A stretch of 32,000 nt of DNA from Dickeya dadantii NCPPB 898 (GTDB lineage Bacteria > Pseudomonadota > Gammaproteobacteria > Enterobacterales > Enterobacteriaceae). Below the pieces are notes generated by a model. The model was not told the DNA's origin. It ran no database searches and worked only from the letters and a program-made list of their open reading frames with translations. Positions within the stretch are counted from its first letter, which is position 1. Each line of letters starts with the position of its first letter. The stretch is taken from NCBI RefSeq assembly GCF_000406145.1, contig NZ_CM001976.1:717260-749259 (forward strand), written 5' to 3'. This document shows, one piece after another, positions 9,681 to 18,258 of the stretch. The position numbers and the translations under genes were made by a program.

Positions 9681-10655
9681 TTGAAAATCTTAGTAACGGG
9701 AAGCCGTGGGTTTATCGGGAGACGGCTGGTCGCGCTGGCGAGCGAGCAAGGCATCGCCTGTGTTCGGCATTGCAGCGCGCGCGGAGAGGCGTCCGATAGC
9801 CAGATGGTTCGCGCCGACCTGACCGCCGCGACAGACTGGATGCCGGCGCTGCAAGGCGTGGATGCGGTGGTGCACTGCGCCGCCAGAGTGCATCAGATGC
9901 AGGACGGCGGCGAAGCGCTGCAACTGTACCGGGAAACCAATGTGGCGGGAACGCTGCGACTGGCGCAGCAGGCCGCGCAAGCCGGCGTTAAACGGTTTGT
10001 CTTTCTGAGCTCCATCAAGGTGAATGGCGAAGCGACTCAGCCAGGCCGGCCTTTCCAGCCCGACGTGGCGGTGCCGCCCGCCGATCCTTACGGTTTGAGC
10101 AAATACGAGGCGGAGCAGGCGCTGCAGCGTCTGGCGCAGGAAACCGGTCTTGAGGTGGTGATTATTCGCCCGCCGCTGGTGTATGGGCCGGGCGTCAAAG
10201 CCAATTTCCGGGCGATGATGAACTGGGTCGGCAAAGGAGTGCCGCTGCCGCTGGCGGCGGTTCATAACCAGCGCAGCATGGTGTTTGTGGACAATCTGGC
10301 CGACCTGATTCTGCTGAGTCTGCGCCATCCGCAGGCGCCGGGGCGGGTGTGGCTGGCGTCGGACGACCACGATGTTTCCACCGCCGGTCTGCTGGCGGAT
10401 ATGGCGGCGGCGCTGGGGGTGAAAAACCGCTGTTGGCCGCTGCCGTCGTGGGTACTGAAAAGCGCGGCGGCCCTGCTGGGGAAATCCGCGGTGGCGGAGC
10501 GCCTGCTGGGTTCGCTGCAGGTGGATATCCGCGAAACCCGGCAACGGCTTGGCTGGCAGCCCGCCGTCCCTTATCATCAGGCGATTGCCATCACGGCGCA
10601 GGCGTTTCTGGCGGAAACGTCCGGCGTTCCCGAGTCCGAATCCAAACAAGGTTGA
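9681..10655 (+). CDS. Extended SDR NAD-dependent sugar epimerase/4-keto-reductase (WbpK/WbpV/WreQ-like)
   Basis: It has GSRGFIG (GxxGxxG) at the N-terminus and the catalytic YGLSKYEAE (YxxxK). I chose the in-frame TTG at 9681, preceded by GAAGGT, so that the protein begins (M)KILVTGSRGFIG as is typical. The upstream part of the track ORF looks non-coding. Confidence 0.8.
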   Translation: MKILVTGSRGFIGRRLVALASEQGIACVRHCSARGEASDSQMVRADLTAATDWMPALQGVDAVVHCAARVHQMQDGGEALQLYRETNVAGTLRLAQQAAQAGVKRFVFLSSIKVNGEATQPGRPFQPDVAVPPADPYGLSKYEAEQALQRLAQETGLEVVIIRPPLVYGPGVKANFRAMMNWVGKGVPLPLAAVHNQRSMVFVDNLADLILLSLRHPQAPGRVWLASDDHDVSTAGLLADMAAALGVKNRCWPLPSWVLKSAAALLGKSAVAERLLGSLQVDIRETRQRLGWQPAVPYHQAIAITAQAFLAETSGVPESESKQG

Positions 10656-10664
10656 CCGATTATT

Positions 10665-11213
10665 ATGCTGCGTGTTCTGGATATATTACTGGCGCTGATT
10701 GGCTTGCTGTGTCTGTGGCCGGTAATGCTGATTGTTTATGTGTTGGGGTTGTTTGATACCGGTTCGCCGGTTTTCATTCAGCAACGGGTAGGCCGGCATC
10801 AACGCCCGTTTAACCTGATCAAGTTCCGCACGATGGCGGTGACGACCGAGTCGGTAGCGACTCACCTCGCCAGCCGCAGTGCCGTGACGCGGTTAGGCGC
10901 GTTTTTGCGTAAAACCAAGCTGGATGAGTTGCCGCAGTTGATTAATGTCCTCAAAGGGGAGATGAGCCTGGTGGGGCCGCGTCCTTGTCTGTTTAATCAA
11001 CAGGAGTTGAGGGCCGAACGTCAGGCGCGCGGCGTATTTGACGTGTTGCCGGGCATTACCGGGCTGGCGCAGGTTAATGCTATCGACATGTCTACGCCGC
11101 AGAAACTGGCGGAGTGGGATCAGCGCATGATTCAGACCCTGTCGGTAAAACATTACTTCACTTATCTGGTGCAAACGGTGGTCGGCAAGGGTTCCGGCGA
11201 TCGGGTACGTTGA
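10665..11213 (+). CDS. Small monotopic phosphoglycosyl transferase (PglC / WreU / WbaP-C-terminal family; bacterial sugar transferase)
   Basis: It has a re-entrant helix ([23 protein letters not shown]) and the motifs [41 protein letters not shown] and PGITGLAQV. Confidence 0.9.
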   Translation: MLRVLDILLALIGLLCLWPVMLIVYVLGLFDTGSPVFIQQRVGRHQRPFNLIKFRTMAVTTESVATHLASRSAVTRLGAFLRKTKLDELPQLINVLKGEMSLVGPRPCLFNQQELRAERQARGVFDVLPGITGLAQVNAIDMSTPQKLAEWDQRMIQTLSVKHYFTYLVQTVVGKGSGDRVR

Positions 11214-11214
11214 T

Positions 11215-11243
11215 AAAAAACGATGCCGGTCAGGCCGGCATCG
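11215..11243 (-). terminator. Rho-independent terminator of the ugp-like/gpdQ operon
   Basis: The minus strand reads CGATGCCGG-cctga-CCGGCATCG followed by TTTTTT, 35 nt after the stop of the binding-protein gene. Confidence 0.65.
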
Positions 11244-11277
11244 TCATGGCGTTTCATGGTGTTAAGGGATTAAGAGA

Positions 11278-12600
11278 TTACTTCACCGGGGCCAGCGCCG
11301 TCTGATCCACGTAGGGTTTCATGATGGTGTCCGCTTCCTGCTGGGCGGCTTTGGCCGCCGCTTCCGGCGTGACCTTCTCGTCATTCACCACCGCAGCCAA
11401 CTGGTTTTCCATCGCTTTACGCACCGCGACGGTTTCATAGGTGGAGTACCACGGATGGGCGTACTTCAACTGTTCCAGCGCGGTGGCGGCGCGCGGGTCT
11501 TTTTCCAGATAGGCTTTCATTTCCGGCGTATCGTATGAGGCTTTACGCGGCGAGAAATAGCCGGTGAAGCGGCTCCAGGCGCCGTTGACCTGCGGGCTGA
11601 CCAGATAGCTCAGGAACTGGTAAGCGGCTTTTTTCTGCTCGTCGGAAATGCCTTTGAAGCTCACCAGGCTGGCGCCGCCGATCGGTACCGCGCGCTGCTC
11701 TTTGGCCGGCAGCATCGCCACACCCAGTTCAAAGTCTTTGGTGTTTTCACGCATAAAGCCCAGCGCGCCGGTGCTCAGCATCGCCATGCCGAGTTTGCCG
11801 GAGAAGAACGCGGCGCTGATCTGCTTAGAGTCCAGTACGCCGGACGGCATCACTTTGTCTTTGTAGACCAGGTTTTGCCAGAAGCGCAGCGCGCCGATAG
11901 TCGTCGGACTGTTGTAATAGACTTCGCCCGGATAGTCCTCGTTGAAGTAATTACCGCCGTTGGCGCGCACCAGCGAGGAGAAAATCCAGCCGCCGTAGTC
12001 GTCGTTGGTGGACGGCAGCATGATGCCCCACTGGCCTTTGCTCTGGTCGGTCAGCTTTTTGGCGTCTTCCAGCAGCGCCTGCCAGGTTTGCGGCGCCTGC
12101 GTGATGCCGGCTTTCTCGAACATAGTCTTGTTGTAATAGAGAATCGGCGTCGAGTTGTGGAACGGAATGGCGTAGGTCACGCCCATCACCTGCGCGTTCT
12201 TGTGCATGGCCGGCCAGAATTCGTTGGTCAAAAACGCCCCGGCTTTTTCGTTGCCGAATTTGAACAGTTCGTCCATCGGCAGGATTTCGTTTTTCAGCGC
12301 CAGATCGGTGGTGAAGTTGGCGGACATGATCACCAGCGCAGGCGGCTGGCCGGCTTTCTGCGCCGCTTCCGCTTTCATTTTGGTGGTGTCGTAGTTACCG
12401 GTGAAAATCCCCCGCACTTCCACATCCTGCTGAGAGCCGTTGAATTCTTTGATGATGCGGGTCATTTCCATCGTCAGTTTGCCGTCCACCGGGGCCGGAA
12501 ACATGAAGTCGATGTTCTGTTTGGCCAGCGCCGAACCGGCGAAGGCCAGCGTGATGCCGAGGGTGAGCGCCTGTAACCGCTGTTTCAGGGGCTTATGCAT
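11278..12600 (-). CDS. ABC transporter periplasmic substrate-binding protein (UgpB-like, family 1 SBP)
   Basis: I chose the start at the ATG at 12600 (MHKPLKQRLQALTLGITLAFAGSALA, a signal peptide) preceded by GGAG. The body resembles glycerophosphodiester/G3P-type binding proteins. It overlaps the ATPase gene by 8 nt. Confidence 0.85.
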   Translation of the reverse strand: MHKPLKQRLQALTLGITLAFAGSALAKQNIDFMFPAPVDGKLTMEMTRIIKEFNGSQQDVEVRGIFTGNYDTTKMKAEAAQKAGQPPALVIMSANFTTDLALKNEILPMDELFKFGNEKAGAFLTNEFWPAMHKNAQVMGVTYAIPFHNSTPILYYNKTMFEKAGITQAPQTWQALLEDAKKLTDQSKGQWGIMLPSTNDDYGGWIFSSLVRANGGNYFNEDYPGEVYYNSPTTIGALRFWQNLVYKDKVMPSGVLDSKQISAAFFSGKLGMAMLSTGALGFMRENTKDFELGVAMLPAKEQRAVPIGGASLVSFKGISDEQKKAAYQFLSYLVSPQVNGAWSRFTGYFSPRKASYDTPEMKAYLEKDPRAATALEQLKYAHPWYSTYETVAVRKAMENQLAAVVNDEKVTPEAAAKAAQQEADTIMKPYVDQTALAPVK

Positions 12601-13678
12601 GGGGGGTCTCCTGGTATACGTTCTGCTGTGTATCAGCATGAAAAAGATGAACATCAAAAGGTGAAAAGCCGAGGCTGACGGTATCGCCAACCATCGGGGC
12701 GTCGCCGCGGTTTTTGCGGCTGTAGCGTAGTTCGCCGATCGGCGTGCTGATGTGCAGCAGATAGTCCGCGCCCATCAATTCTCGTTGCGTCACGGTGCCG
12801 GGCAGGCGCAGCATGTGCGGTTCGGTTTCCGGGGCATCGGTCAGGTGTTCCGGACGGATGCCGAAAAACACCTGCCGGAGCTGGCTGGCGTGCGGCGGCA
12901 GAGGAAGCGCTTGCTCACCCACCTGCACCGCGCCGCCAGCGCAAGGCAGCGTAATGATGTTCATGGCCGGCGAGCCGATGAAACTCGCCACGAACCGGTT
13001 GGTCGGGAAGGCATACAACTGCTCCGGCGTGCCGACCTGCTGGACTTCGCCGTGGTTCATCACCACGATGCGATCCGCCATCGACATGGCTTCGGTCTGG
13101 TCGTGGGTGACGTAAACGGTGCTGGTTTTTAGCTGCCGGTGCAGCGTCATGATGCCGTCGCGCACTTCGGTGCGCAGCCGGGCGTCCAGATTGGACAGCG
13201 GTTCATCCATCAGAAACAGTTTGGGGTTGCGGACGATGGCGCGCGCCATCGCCACTCGCTGGCGCTGGCCGCCGGACAGCTTGCCCGGTTTGCGGTCCAG
13301 CAGTTCGTCCAGTTGCAGCAATTGCGCCACTTTCTCCAGCCGGGGTTGCCAGCTTGCTTTCGGCTCATGGCGAATCTGCATGCCGAAGGTGATGTTGTCT
13401 TTCACCGTCAGGTGCGGAAACAGCGCATAGTTCTGAAAGATCATCGCGAAGTTGCGCTCGCGCGGCGACCGGGCGGTGATGTCGTCGCCATCCAGCCAAA
13501 TCTCGCCGTCGCTTACCGTTTCCAGCCCGGCCAGCAGGCGCAGCAGGGTACTTTTGCCGCAGCCGGACGGCCCGACCAGTACCAGAAATTCGCCGTCGGC
13601 GATCTCCAGCGACAGCGAGCGCAGCGCCGGTTTGTCGTCAAATTGCTTGCTGACGTTGTGCAGTCGTAACATAGCCAT
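12593..13678 (-). CDS. ABC transporter ATP-binding protein (UgpC/MalK-like, with C-terminal TOBE-type regulatory domain)
   Basis: Walker A is GPSGCGKST, the signature LSGGQRQRVAMARA, Walker B LFLMDEPLSNLD and the H-loop YVTHDQ. Its ATG overlaps the gpdQ stop (TAATG). Confidence 0.9.
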   Translation of the reverse strand: MAMLRLHNVSKQFDDKPALRSLSLEIADGEFLVLVGPSGCGKSTLLRLLAGLETVSDGEIWLDGDDITARSPRERNFAMIFQNYALFPHLTVKDNITFGMQIRHEPKASWQPRLEKVAQLLQLDELLDRKPGKLSGGQRQRVAMARAIVRNPKLFLMDEPLSNLDARLRTEVRDGIMTLHRQLKTSTVYVTHDQTEAMSMADRIVVMNHGEVQQVGTPEQLYAFPTNRFVASFIGSPAMNIITLPCAGGAVQVGEQALPLPPHASQLRQVFFGIRPEHLTDAPETEPHMLRLPGTVTQRELMGADYLLHISTPIGELRYSRKNRGDAPMVGDTVSLGFSPFDVHLFHADTQQNVYQETPHA

Positions 13679-14499
13679 TAACGCTCATCCACCGGGCAAC
13701 TGATATTTTCGTCGTACAACCACGGGCCGGCGTAGTGCGACAGCGGATGCAGGTAACTGACCCACTGCTGGTCCACCTGACGGTGCATCAGGCAGGCGGG
13801 CGGCGACATGTCGTAGTAAGGGCGGGTGTCTTCGTGGTAGTAGGGTACCTGATGGACGGTACCCGGCACGGTGGCGATGACTGCCTGACGGTACTGCGTC
13901 ATGATCAGGCAGTGGTTGTGCCCGCAGAAAATACGCACCAGCGACGGGAAACGTTCCACCAGCTCCAGCAGGCGGTGGCCGTTCTCGCAGGCGATGCGGT
14001 CCATCTGGGCGGAGCCGAGCGCGAGCGGCGGATGGTGCATGAACACGGCGGTAGGTTTGTCGTCACGCATCAGTTGCGCTTCCAGCCAGGTCAGCGTCTC
14101 TTCCGTCAGCCAGCCTTTGGAGGTGCCGGCGCGGCTGGAGTCGATGAACAGCAACCGGGTGGCGAAATCGTCAATCGCGTAGCGCATATTCTGCGGATCG
14201 TTGCCCAGTTGCGGACACAGTGGTTGCAGGTATTCCAGCAAGTGGGTCTTGTCGTCGTGGTTGCCGGGGATGATGAACAGCGGGTAGGTCAGATTACCGA
14301 GAATCTGGCGGGCCACCTGATATTCCGCCGGGCGACCGCAGTTGACGATATCGCCGCTTATCACCACCGCATCCGGGCGTTCGGTCAGGGCGTTAAGTTG
14401 CGACACCACGTCGGCGTTGCCGGCGTTAATGTCGATGAAACCGTACAGTTTTTGCCCTGAGCTGCGAAAATGGGTGTCGGAAATTTGCGCTAACAGCAT
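13678..14499 (-). CDS. gpdQ: Glycerophosphodiester phosphodiesterase of the metallophosphoesterase family (GpdQ)
   Basis: It is near-collinear with my recollection of Enterobacter (Klebsiella) aerogenes GpdQ ([60 protein letters not shown]...GNHDDK...MHHPP...FCGHNH...[14 protein letters not shown]). The metallophosphoesterase motifs DxH, GDxxxxG, GNHD, HH and GHxH are all present. Confidence 0.85.
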   Translation of the reverse strand: MLLAQISDTHFRSSGQKLYGFIDINAGNADVVSQLNALTERPDAVVISGDIVNCGRPAEYQVARQILGNLTYPLFIIPGNHDDKTHLLEYLQPLCPQLGNDPQNMRYAIDDFATRLLFIDSSRAGTSKGWLTEETLTWLEAQLMRDDKPTAVFMHHPPLALGSAQMDRIACENGHRLLELVERFPSLVRIFCGHNHCLIMTQYRQAVIATVPGTVHQVPYYHEDTRPYYDMSPPACLMHRQVDQQWVSYLHPLSHYAGPWLYDENISCPVDER

Positions 14500-14509
14500 G
14501 AAAAACTCC

Positions 14510-15397
14510 TTATTTTATCCCTGAGAAACCAAAGCTTCTCAGGAACTGTTTTTGGAAAACGATAAACGCCAGCATCAGCGGCAGACACACCATCAGCGTC
14601 CCGGCGCTGATCATCCCCCACTGGCCGCCGGATTCGGCGCCCATGGCGAACGACACCAGCCCGACGGTCAACACCTGTTTGTCCGGGTCGTTGAGCATCA
14701 TCAGCGGCCACAGATACTCGTTCCAGTGATAGGTAATGCTGACGGTGGCGAACGCCAGAATGGAGGGCCAGGACATCGGCAGCAGCACGCGAAATAGCAC
14801 CTGCCACCAGCGGCAACCCTCCATCAGCGCGGCTTCTTCAATCTCTTTGGGAATAGCCAGGAACGCCTGACGCATCAGAAATACGCCAAACGCCGAGGTG
14901 AAATAGGGCATCATCACGCCGGTCAGGGTATTGAGCAGACCGAATGCCTTCAGCGTCATCATGTTGGGCACCATCATCGCCACCGGCATGATCATCAACT
15001 GCACCAGAAACAGCAGGAAGAGCGTCTGCTTGCCGCGGAATTCGTGGCAGGCGAAGACATAACCGGCAGTGGTGATGGTCAGCAACTGGACGAAAAAGGT
15101 GCCGAAGGTAAAGAAAATGGTGTTGGCGTACAGGCTTATCCAGTCGGCGCTTTGCCAGGCGTCGCGGAAGTTATCCAGCGTCAGCGGCCAGCGCGGCAAC
15201 AGCGACGCCATGCCCGCGCCAAAGGTGGTGGCGCTGAACGCCGACGAGAGCATCCAGATAAACGGGCTTACCCACAGCAGCGCGGCGCAGATCATCAGCA
15301 GGCTCAGGGTCGCGCGGCGCGACTGGCGCCAGCGCAGCCATGCCGGCAAAGGCGCGCGGGTGGAACAGGCCACGGCGGGGGAGATTTCAACGCTCAT
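14510..15397 (-). CDS. ABC transporter permease (UgpE-like)
   Basis: It is a multi-TM protein of the MalG/UgpE type with the EAA loop ([26 protein letters not shown]). I chose the ATG at 15397 (MSVEISP...), preceded by GAGAAAGGGG. It overlaps the upstream permease gene by 11 nt. Confidence 0.85.
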   Translation of the reverse strand: MSVEISPAVACSTRAPLPAWLRWRQSRRATLSLLMICAALLWVSPFIWMLSSAFSATTFGAGMASLLPRWPLTLDNFRDAWQSADWISLYANTIFFTFGTFFVQLLTITTAGYVFACHEFRGKQTLFLLFLVQLMIMPVAMMVPNMMTLKAFGLLNTLTGVMMPYFTSAFGVFLMRQAFLAIPKEIEEAALMEGCRWWQVLFRVLLPMSWPSILAFATVSITYHWNEYLWPLMMLNDPDKQVLTVGLVSFAMGAESGGQWGMISAGTLMVCLPLMLAFIVFQKQFLRSFGFSGIK

Positions 15398-16259
15398 AAT
15401 GCGCCCCTTTCTCAAGCACTTTCAGGTTAACCAGCGAGAAAACGAATAGCCCTGCCAGCGTCAGGAAGGTGGCGGCCGAGGCTTTGCCGAGGTCGTGGGT
15501 GTCCCAGGCCAGGTTCTGGATGTAATACAGCAACACCGTGGTAGCGTTGTCCGGCCCGCCGTGGGTCATCACCGCCACGTGGTCGATTTGGGTGATGGAG
15601 TAAATCAGCGCGGTAGTAATGACAAAGCTCAGCGTCGGGCGCAGCAGCGGTAGCGTGACCCGGAAAAACACCTGCGTCGACGAGGCGCCTTCCATAATCG
15701 CGGCTTCGCGGGTGGACGGCGGGATGCTTTGCAGGCCGGCCAGAAAGAACAGCATGTAGTAACCGGCGAATTTCCATACGCCAATCAGCGCCAGGGCGAG
15801 CAGGGCGCTGTTGCTGCGGCCCAGATAGTTGTTGTTCATCGGGCCGAACAGTTTGGTCAGATAATAATCCAGCAGGCCGATGCCGGGCATAAAGATAAAC
15901 AGCCACAGCGCGGCGGCGCTGACCATCGGGATGATCATCGGGAAAAAAAAGGCGGTACGCAGCCAGCGGTTGACCGCGTGGTTTTCCCACAGCGCCACCG
16001 CCAGCAGCAACGCCAGCACCACGCCGGGGATCACCGTCAACAGGATATAAACCAGATTATTGAGCAGCGCGCGCCAGAATACGGCGTCATTCAGCAGGCG
16101 AGCAACGTTTCCCAAACCGACAAACGATGCGCCCGCGCCCGCCATACGGGTATCGAACAGGCTGTCATAGACGGATCGCAATAGTGGAAAATAGGTGAAC
16201 AACAGCAGGAACAGCAAAGAAGGCGATAAAATCACCCAAGGGAGCCAGTTTTTTTGCAT
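15387..16259 (-). CDS. ABC transporter permease (UgpA-like)
   Basis: It is a MalF/UgpA-type permease with the EAA loop (IPPSTREAAIMEGASSTQVFFRVTLP). It is the first gene of the minus-strand operon. Confidence 0.85.
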   Translation of the reverse strand: MQKNWLPWVILSPSLLFLLLFTYFPLLRSVYDSLFDTRMAGAGASFVGLGNVARLLNDAVFWRALLNNLVYILLTVIPGVVLALLLAVALWENHAVNRWLRTAFFFPMIIPMVSAAALWLFIFMPGIGLLDYYLTKLFGPMNNNYLGRSNSALLALALIGVWKFAGYYMLFFLAGLQSIPPSTREAAIMEGASSTQVFFRVTLPLLRPTLSFVITTALIYSITQIDHVAVMTHGGPDNATTVLLYYIQNLAWDTHDLGKASAATFLTLAGLFVFSLVNLKVLEKGAHYER

Positions 16260-16342
16260 GGTGATGATTAATGCCAGTCAACGAGTTTCGTAAAACGGAA
16301 GGCATATGCTGCGCAGGGAATACTGCAAAGGCATGGCAGGTC

Positions 16343-16362
16343 GGTGACGATTTGGTGACGAT
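16343..16362 (-). promoter_or_regulatory. Candidate Pho box (PhoB site) upstream of the ugp-like/gpdQ operon
   Basis: The minus strand reads ATCGTCACC-AA-ATCGTCACC. This gives two TCGTCAC heptads 11 bp apart with an A-rich 4-nt spacer, compared with the Pho box CTGTCAT-AAAA-CTGTCAC. The site is 84-103 bp upstream of the ATG. The GTCA cores match but the flanks do not. Confidence 0.35.
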
Positions 16363-16410
16363 GGTTTCCATAAAATAAAACTGTTGCTGACGGCTTGTAC
16401 TGCGGCGGGA

Positions 16411-16441
16411 AAAAGCGGTTAATGAACCATTAACGGCTTTT
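16411..16441. promoter_or_regulatory. 31-bp near-perfect palindrome (candidate operator) in the divergent ugp-like / mop intergenic region
   Basis: The sequence AAAAGCGGTTAATG-AAC-CATTAACGGCTTTT has 13 of 14 arm positions complementary. It is centred at 16426, 48 bp upstream of the mop ATG. Confidence 0.4.
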
Positions 16442-16473
16442 ATGGTTATTTACCGATTTATCCAGGAGGTTTT

Positions 16474-16902
16474 ATGTCCGTTTCTGCAAGAAATCAGCTG
16501 AGTGGAACCGTAGCCCGCGTGGCGGAAGGCGCGGTCAACAGCGAAGTGGTGCTAACTCTGGAAAGCGGCGAACAGCTGACCACCGTGATTACCCGTAGCA
16601 GCGTGACGACGCTCGGGCTGGCGCCCGGTAAAGCGGCGCTGGCGCTGATCAAGGCACCGTGGGTGATTCTGGCCTCGGCCGATTGCGGCCTGAACTTCTC
16701 CGCCCGTAATCAGTTCAGCGGCGCGATTGACGACGTGGTCAAAGGCGCGGTGCACGCCACGGTGCATATCACCACCGCCAAAGGGCTGAAACTGACCGCC
16801 AGCGTCACCAACGAAAGCGTGGAAGAGATGGGATTGCAGGCCGGATCGGCGGTGATTGCCCTGATTAAGGCTTCCAGCGTCATTCTGGCGACCCGCGCCT
16901 AG
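16474..16902 (+). CDS. Tandem TOBE/Mop-domain molybdate-binding protein (di-Mop, ModG-like)
   Basis: It has two about 70-aa repeats, each starting SARNQ(L/F)SG and ending ...IKA(P/S)(W/S)VILA. This is the classic Mop signature. A strong SD (CCAGGAGG) lies upstream. Confidence 0.85.
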   Translation: MSVSARNQLSGTVARVAEGAVNSEVVLTLESGEQLTTVITRSSVTTLGLAPGKAALALIKAPWVILASADCGLNFSARNQFSGAIDDVVKGAVHATVHITTAKGLKLTASVTNESVEEMGLQAGSAVIALIKASSVILATRA

Positions 16903-17159
16903 ATGGCGCGCGGCAGCGACATCGTCGCCGCACACAATCTTTACACTCGAATCCCTCCTTTCTTTGGTGGATTTCGGGTAATCTGAGTCGCTTTTTAGCG
17001 GCAGAGAGGCGCGGTGATAACCGAGCTGTACTTTGCCGCACGTTTCTCCTCTTTTTTCACATTGACTGTGTTTTCCTCCGGGTTGCCTGGATAACGACAA
17101 TGTCGTGCATGGTTAGTTTGTTAAAACTGGCTGTCATGGCACTCAAGAAGATATTCATA

Positions 17160-18080
17160 ATGACTCAACAAACCTTTACCAGGGAATTGTTCCACCCCCG
17201 CTACTGGCTGCTGTGGTTCGGCCTTGCCGTGCTGTTTCTGCTGGTGCAATTGCCTTATCCGCTGCTGATGCGGTTGGGCAGTTGGCTGGGGCGCAGCTCC
17301 CGTCATTTTCTCAAACGTCGGGTGAGCATTGCCCGCCGTAATCTGGAGCTCTGCTTTCCCGATATGCCGGCATCACAGCGCGAAGCGATGCTGAAGGCGA
17401 ATTTCGCCTCGCTGGGGATGGCGCTGATGGAAACCGGCATGGCCTGGTTCTGGTCGGACAGGCGGGTCAGAGCGTGGTTCGAGGTATCCGGCTTCGAGAA
17501 CCTTCAGCAGGCTGCGCGCGAACAGCGCGGCGTGATGGTGATTGGCATTCATTTTATGTCGCTGGAACTGGGCGGCCGCGCCATGGGGCTGTGCCAGCCG
17601 ATGATGGCGATGTACCGGCGGCATAACAATAAGTTGATGGAACTGGTGCAGACCTGGGGACGCTCTCGCTCCAACAAGGCGATGATTGACCGCAAGGATC
17701 TGCGCGGCATGGTGCAGGCGCTAAAGAGCGGTGAAGCGGTATGGTTTGCGCCCGATCAGGATTACGGCCCGAAAGGCAGCGTGTTCGCGCCTTTCTTTGC
17801 GGTCGAGCAGGCGGCGACGACCTGCGGCACGTTCACCATTCATCGTCTGGCCAAACCGGCGATGATCACCACGGTGCTGATTCGCAAGCCGAATCGGCAA
17901 GGGTATCAACTGGTGATTGAGCCGGAACTGGAGGACTACCCGAGTCAGGATCAGCAGCAGGCGGCGCACTACATGAACCGGGTGATTGAGCGCGAGATCC
18001 TGCGTGCGCCGGAACAGTATTTGTGGCTGCACCGTCGCTTCAAAACTCGCCCGTACGGCGAGGCGTCACTGTATCGCTAA
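17160..18080 (+). CDS. lpxP: Lipid A secondary acyltransferase, LpxL/LpxP family (closest by eye to palmitoleoyl-ACP LpxP)
   Basis: The protein is 306 aa from the ATG at 17160 (MTQQTFTRELFHPRYWLLWFGL...). HFMSLELGGRAMGLCQPMMAMYRRHNNKLMELVQTWGRSRSNKAMI and GEAVWFAPDQDYGPKGSVFAPFFAVEQAATT match my recollection of E. coli LpxP better than LpxL. It ends ...WLHRRFKTRPYGEASLYR. Paralogue assignment is not certain. Confidence 0.75.
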   Translation: MTQQTFTRELFHPRYWLLWFGLAVLFLLVQLPYPLLMRLGSWLGRSSRHFLKRRVSIARRNLELCFPDMPASQREAMLKANFASLGMALMETGMAWFWSDRRVRAWFEVSGFENLQQAAREQRGVMVIGIHFMSLELGGRAMGLCQPMMAMYRRHNNKLMELVQTWGRSRSNKAMIDRKDLRGMVQALKSGEAVWFAPDQDYGPKGSVFAPFFAVEQAATTCGTFTIHRLAKPAMITTVLIRKPNRQGYQLVIEPELEDYPSQDQQQAAHYMNRVIEREILRAPEQYLWLHRRFKTRPYGEASLYR

Positions 18081-18090
18081 GGCCGGGCGC

Positions 18091-18120
18091 AAAAAAAAGT
18101 GGCTGCCCGAAGGCAGCCAC
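18091..18120 (-). terminator. Strong rho-independent terminator oriented for the minus strand
   Basis: The minus strand reads GTGGCTGCC-ttcg-GGCAGCCAC followed by TTTTTTTT. On the plus strand the hairpin is followed by ATAAAAGG, with no U-tract, so it is at best a weak lpxP terminator. Confidence 0.8.
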
Positions 18121-18144
18121 ATAAAAGGAGAGAATGACTGATGA

Positions 18145-18231
18145 TTAACGAAACAGCGCGTAGGGATTAACACCGCGGTAGGTTTTGCCCAGCGCTTTTA
18201 GGATTTGAGTGATTTGACGGACAATACTCAT
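18145..18231 (-). CDS. Candidate small protein B (28 aa): MSIVRQITQILKALGKTYRGVNPYALFR
   Basis: The ATG at 18231 is preceded by GGGGGGAA with a 6-nt spacing and the TAA stop is at 18145-18147. It lies 24 nt upstream of the terminator hairpin. It is below the ORF-track size cut-off, and I do not recognise the family. Confidence 0.4.
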   Translation of the reverse strand: MSIVRQITQILKALGKTYRGVNPYALFR

Positions 18232-18258
18232 GATGTTCCCCCCATACGCATAAAAGAA

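Noticed and set aside
9527-9754. The 76-codon N-terminal extension of the WbpM-like ORF and the 24-codon extension of the SDR ORF (9609-9680), which would make the two divergent genes overlap
   Set aside because: Both extensions lack homology to the respective families. The internal starts give canonical N-termini (LLSAERRNKR... and KILVTGSRGFIG) and leave a normal 154-bp divergent promoter region.
9690-10649. A 319-aa minus-strand ORF opposite the SDR gene. Similar long antisense ORFs occur at 13735-14460 (+), 24645-25445 (+), 28389-29513 (-), 31402-31965 (-), 1351-1860 (-), 2395-3006 (-), 11875-12576 (+) and 15427-15990 (-).
   Set aside because: All lie antisense to, or out of frame within, confidently identified genes. 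They show the Arg/Gln/His/Pro-rich composition typical of GC-skewed shadow frames and carry no family signatures.
16411-16441. The palindrome as a ModE operator or as a bidirectional terminator
   Set aside because: It contains no TATAT-N7-TAYAT or CGnTATATA-type ModE element. Both flanking genes are transcribed away from it, so there is nothing for it to terminate.
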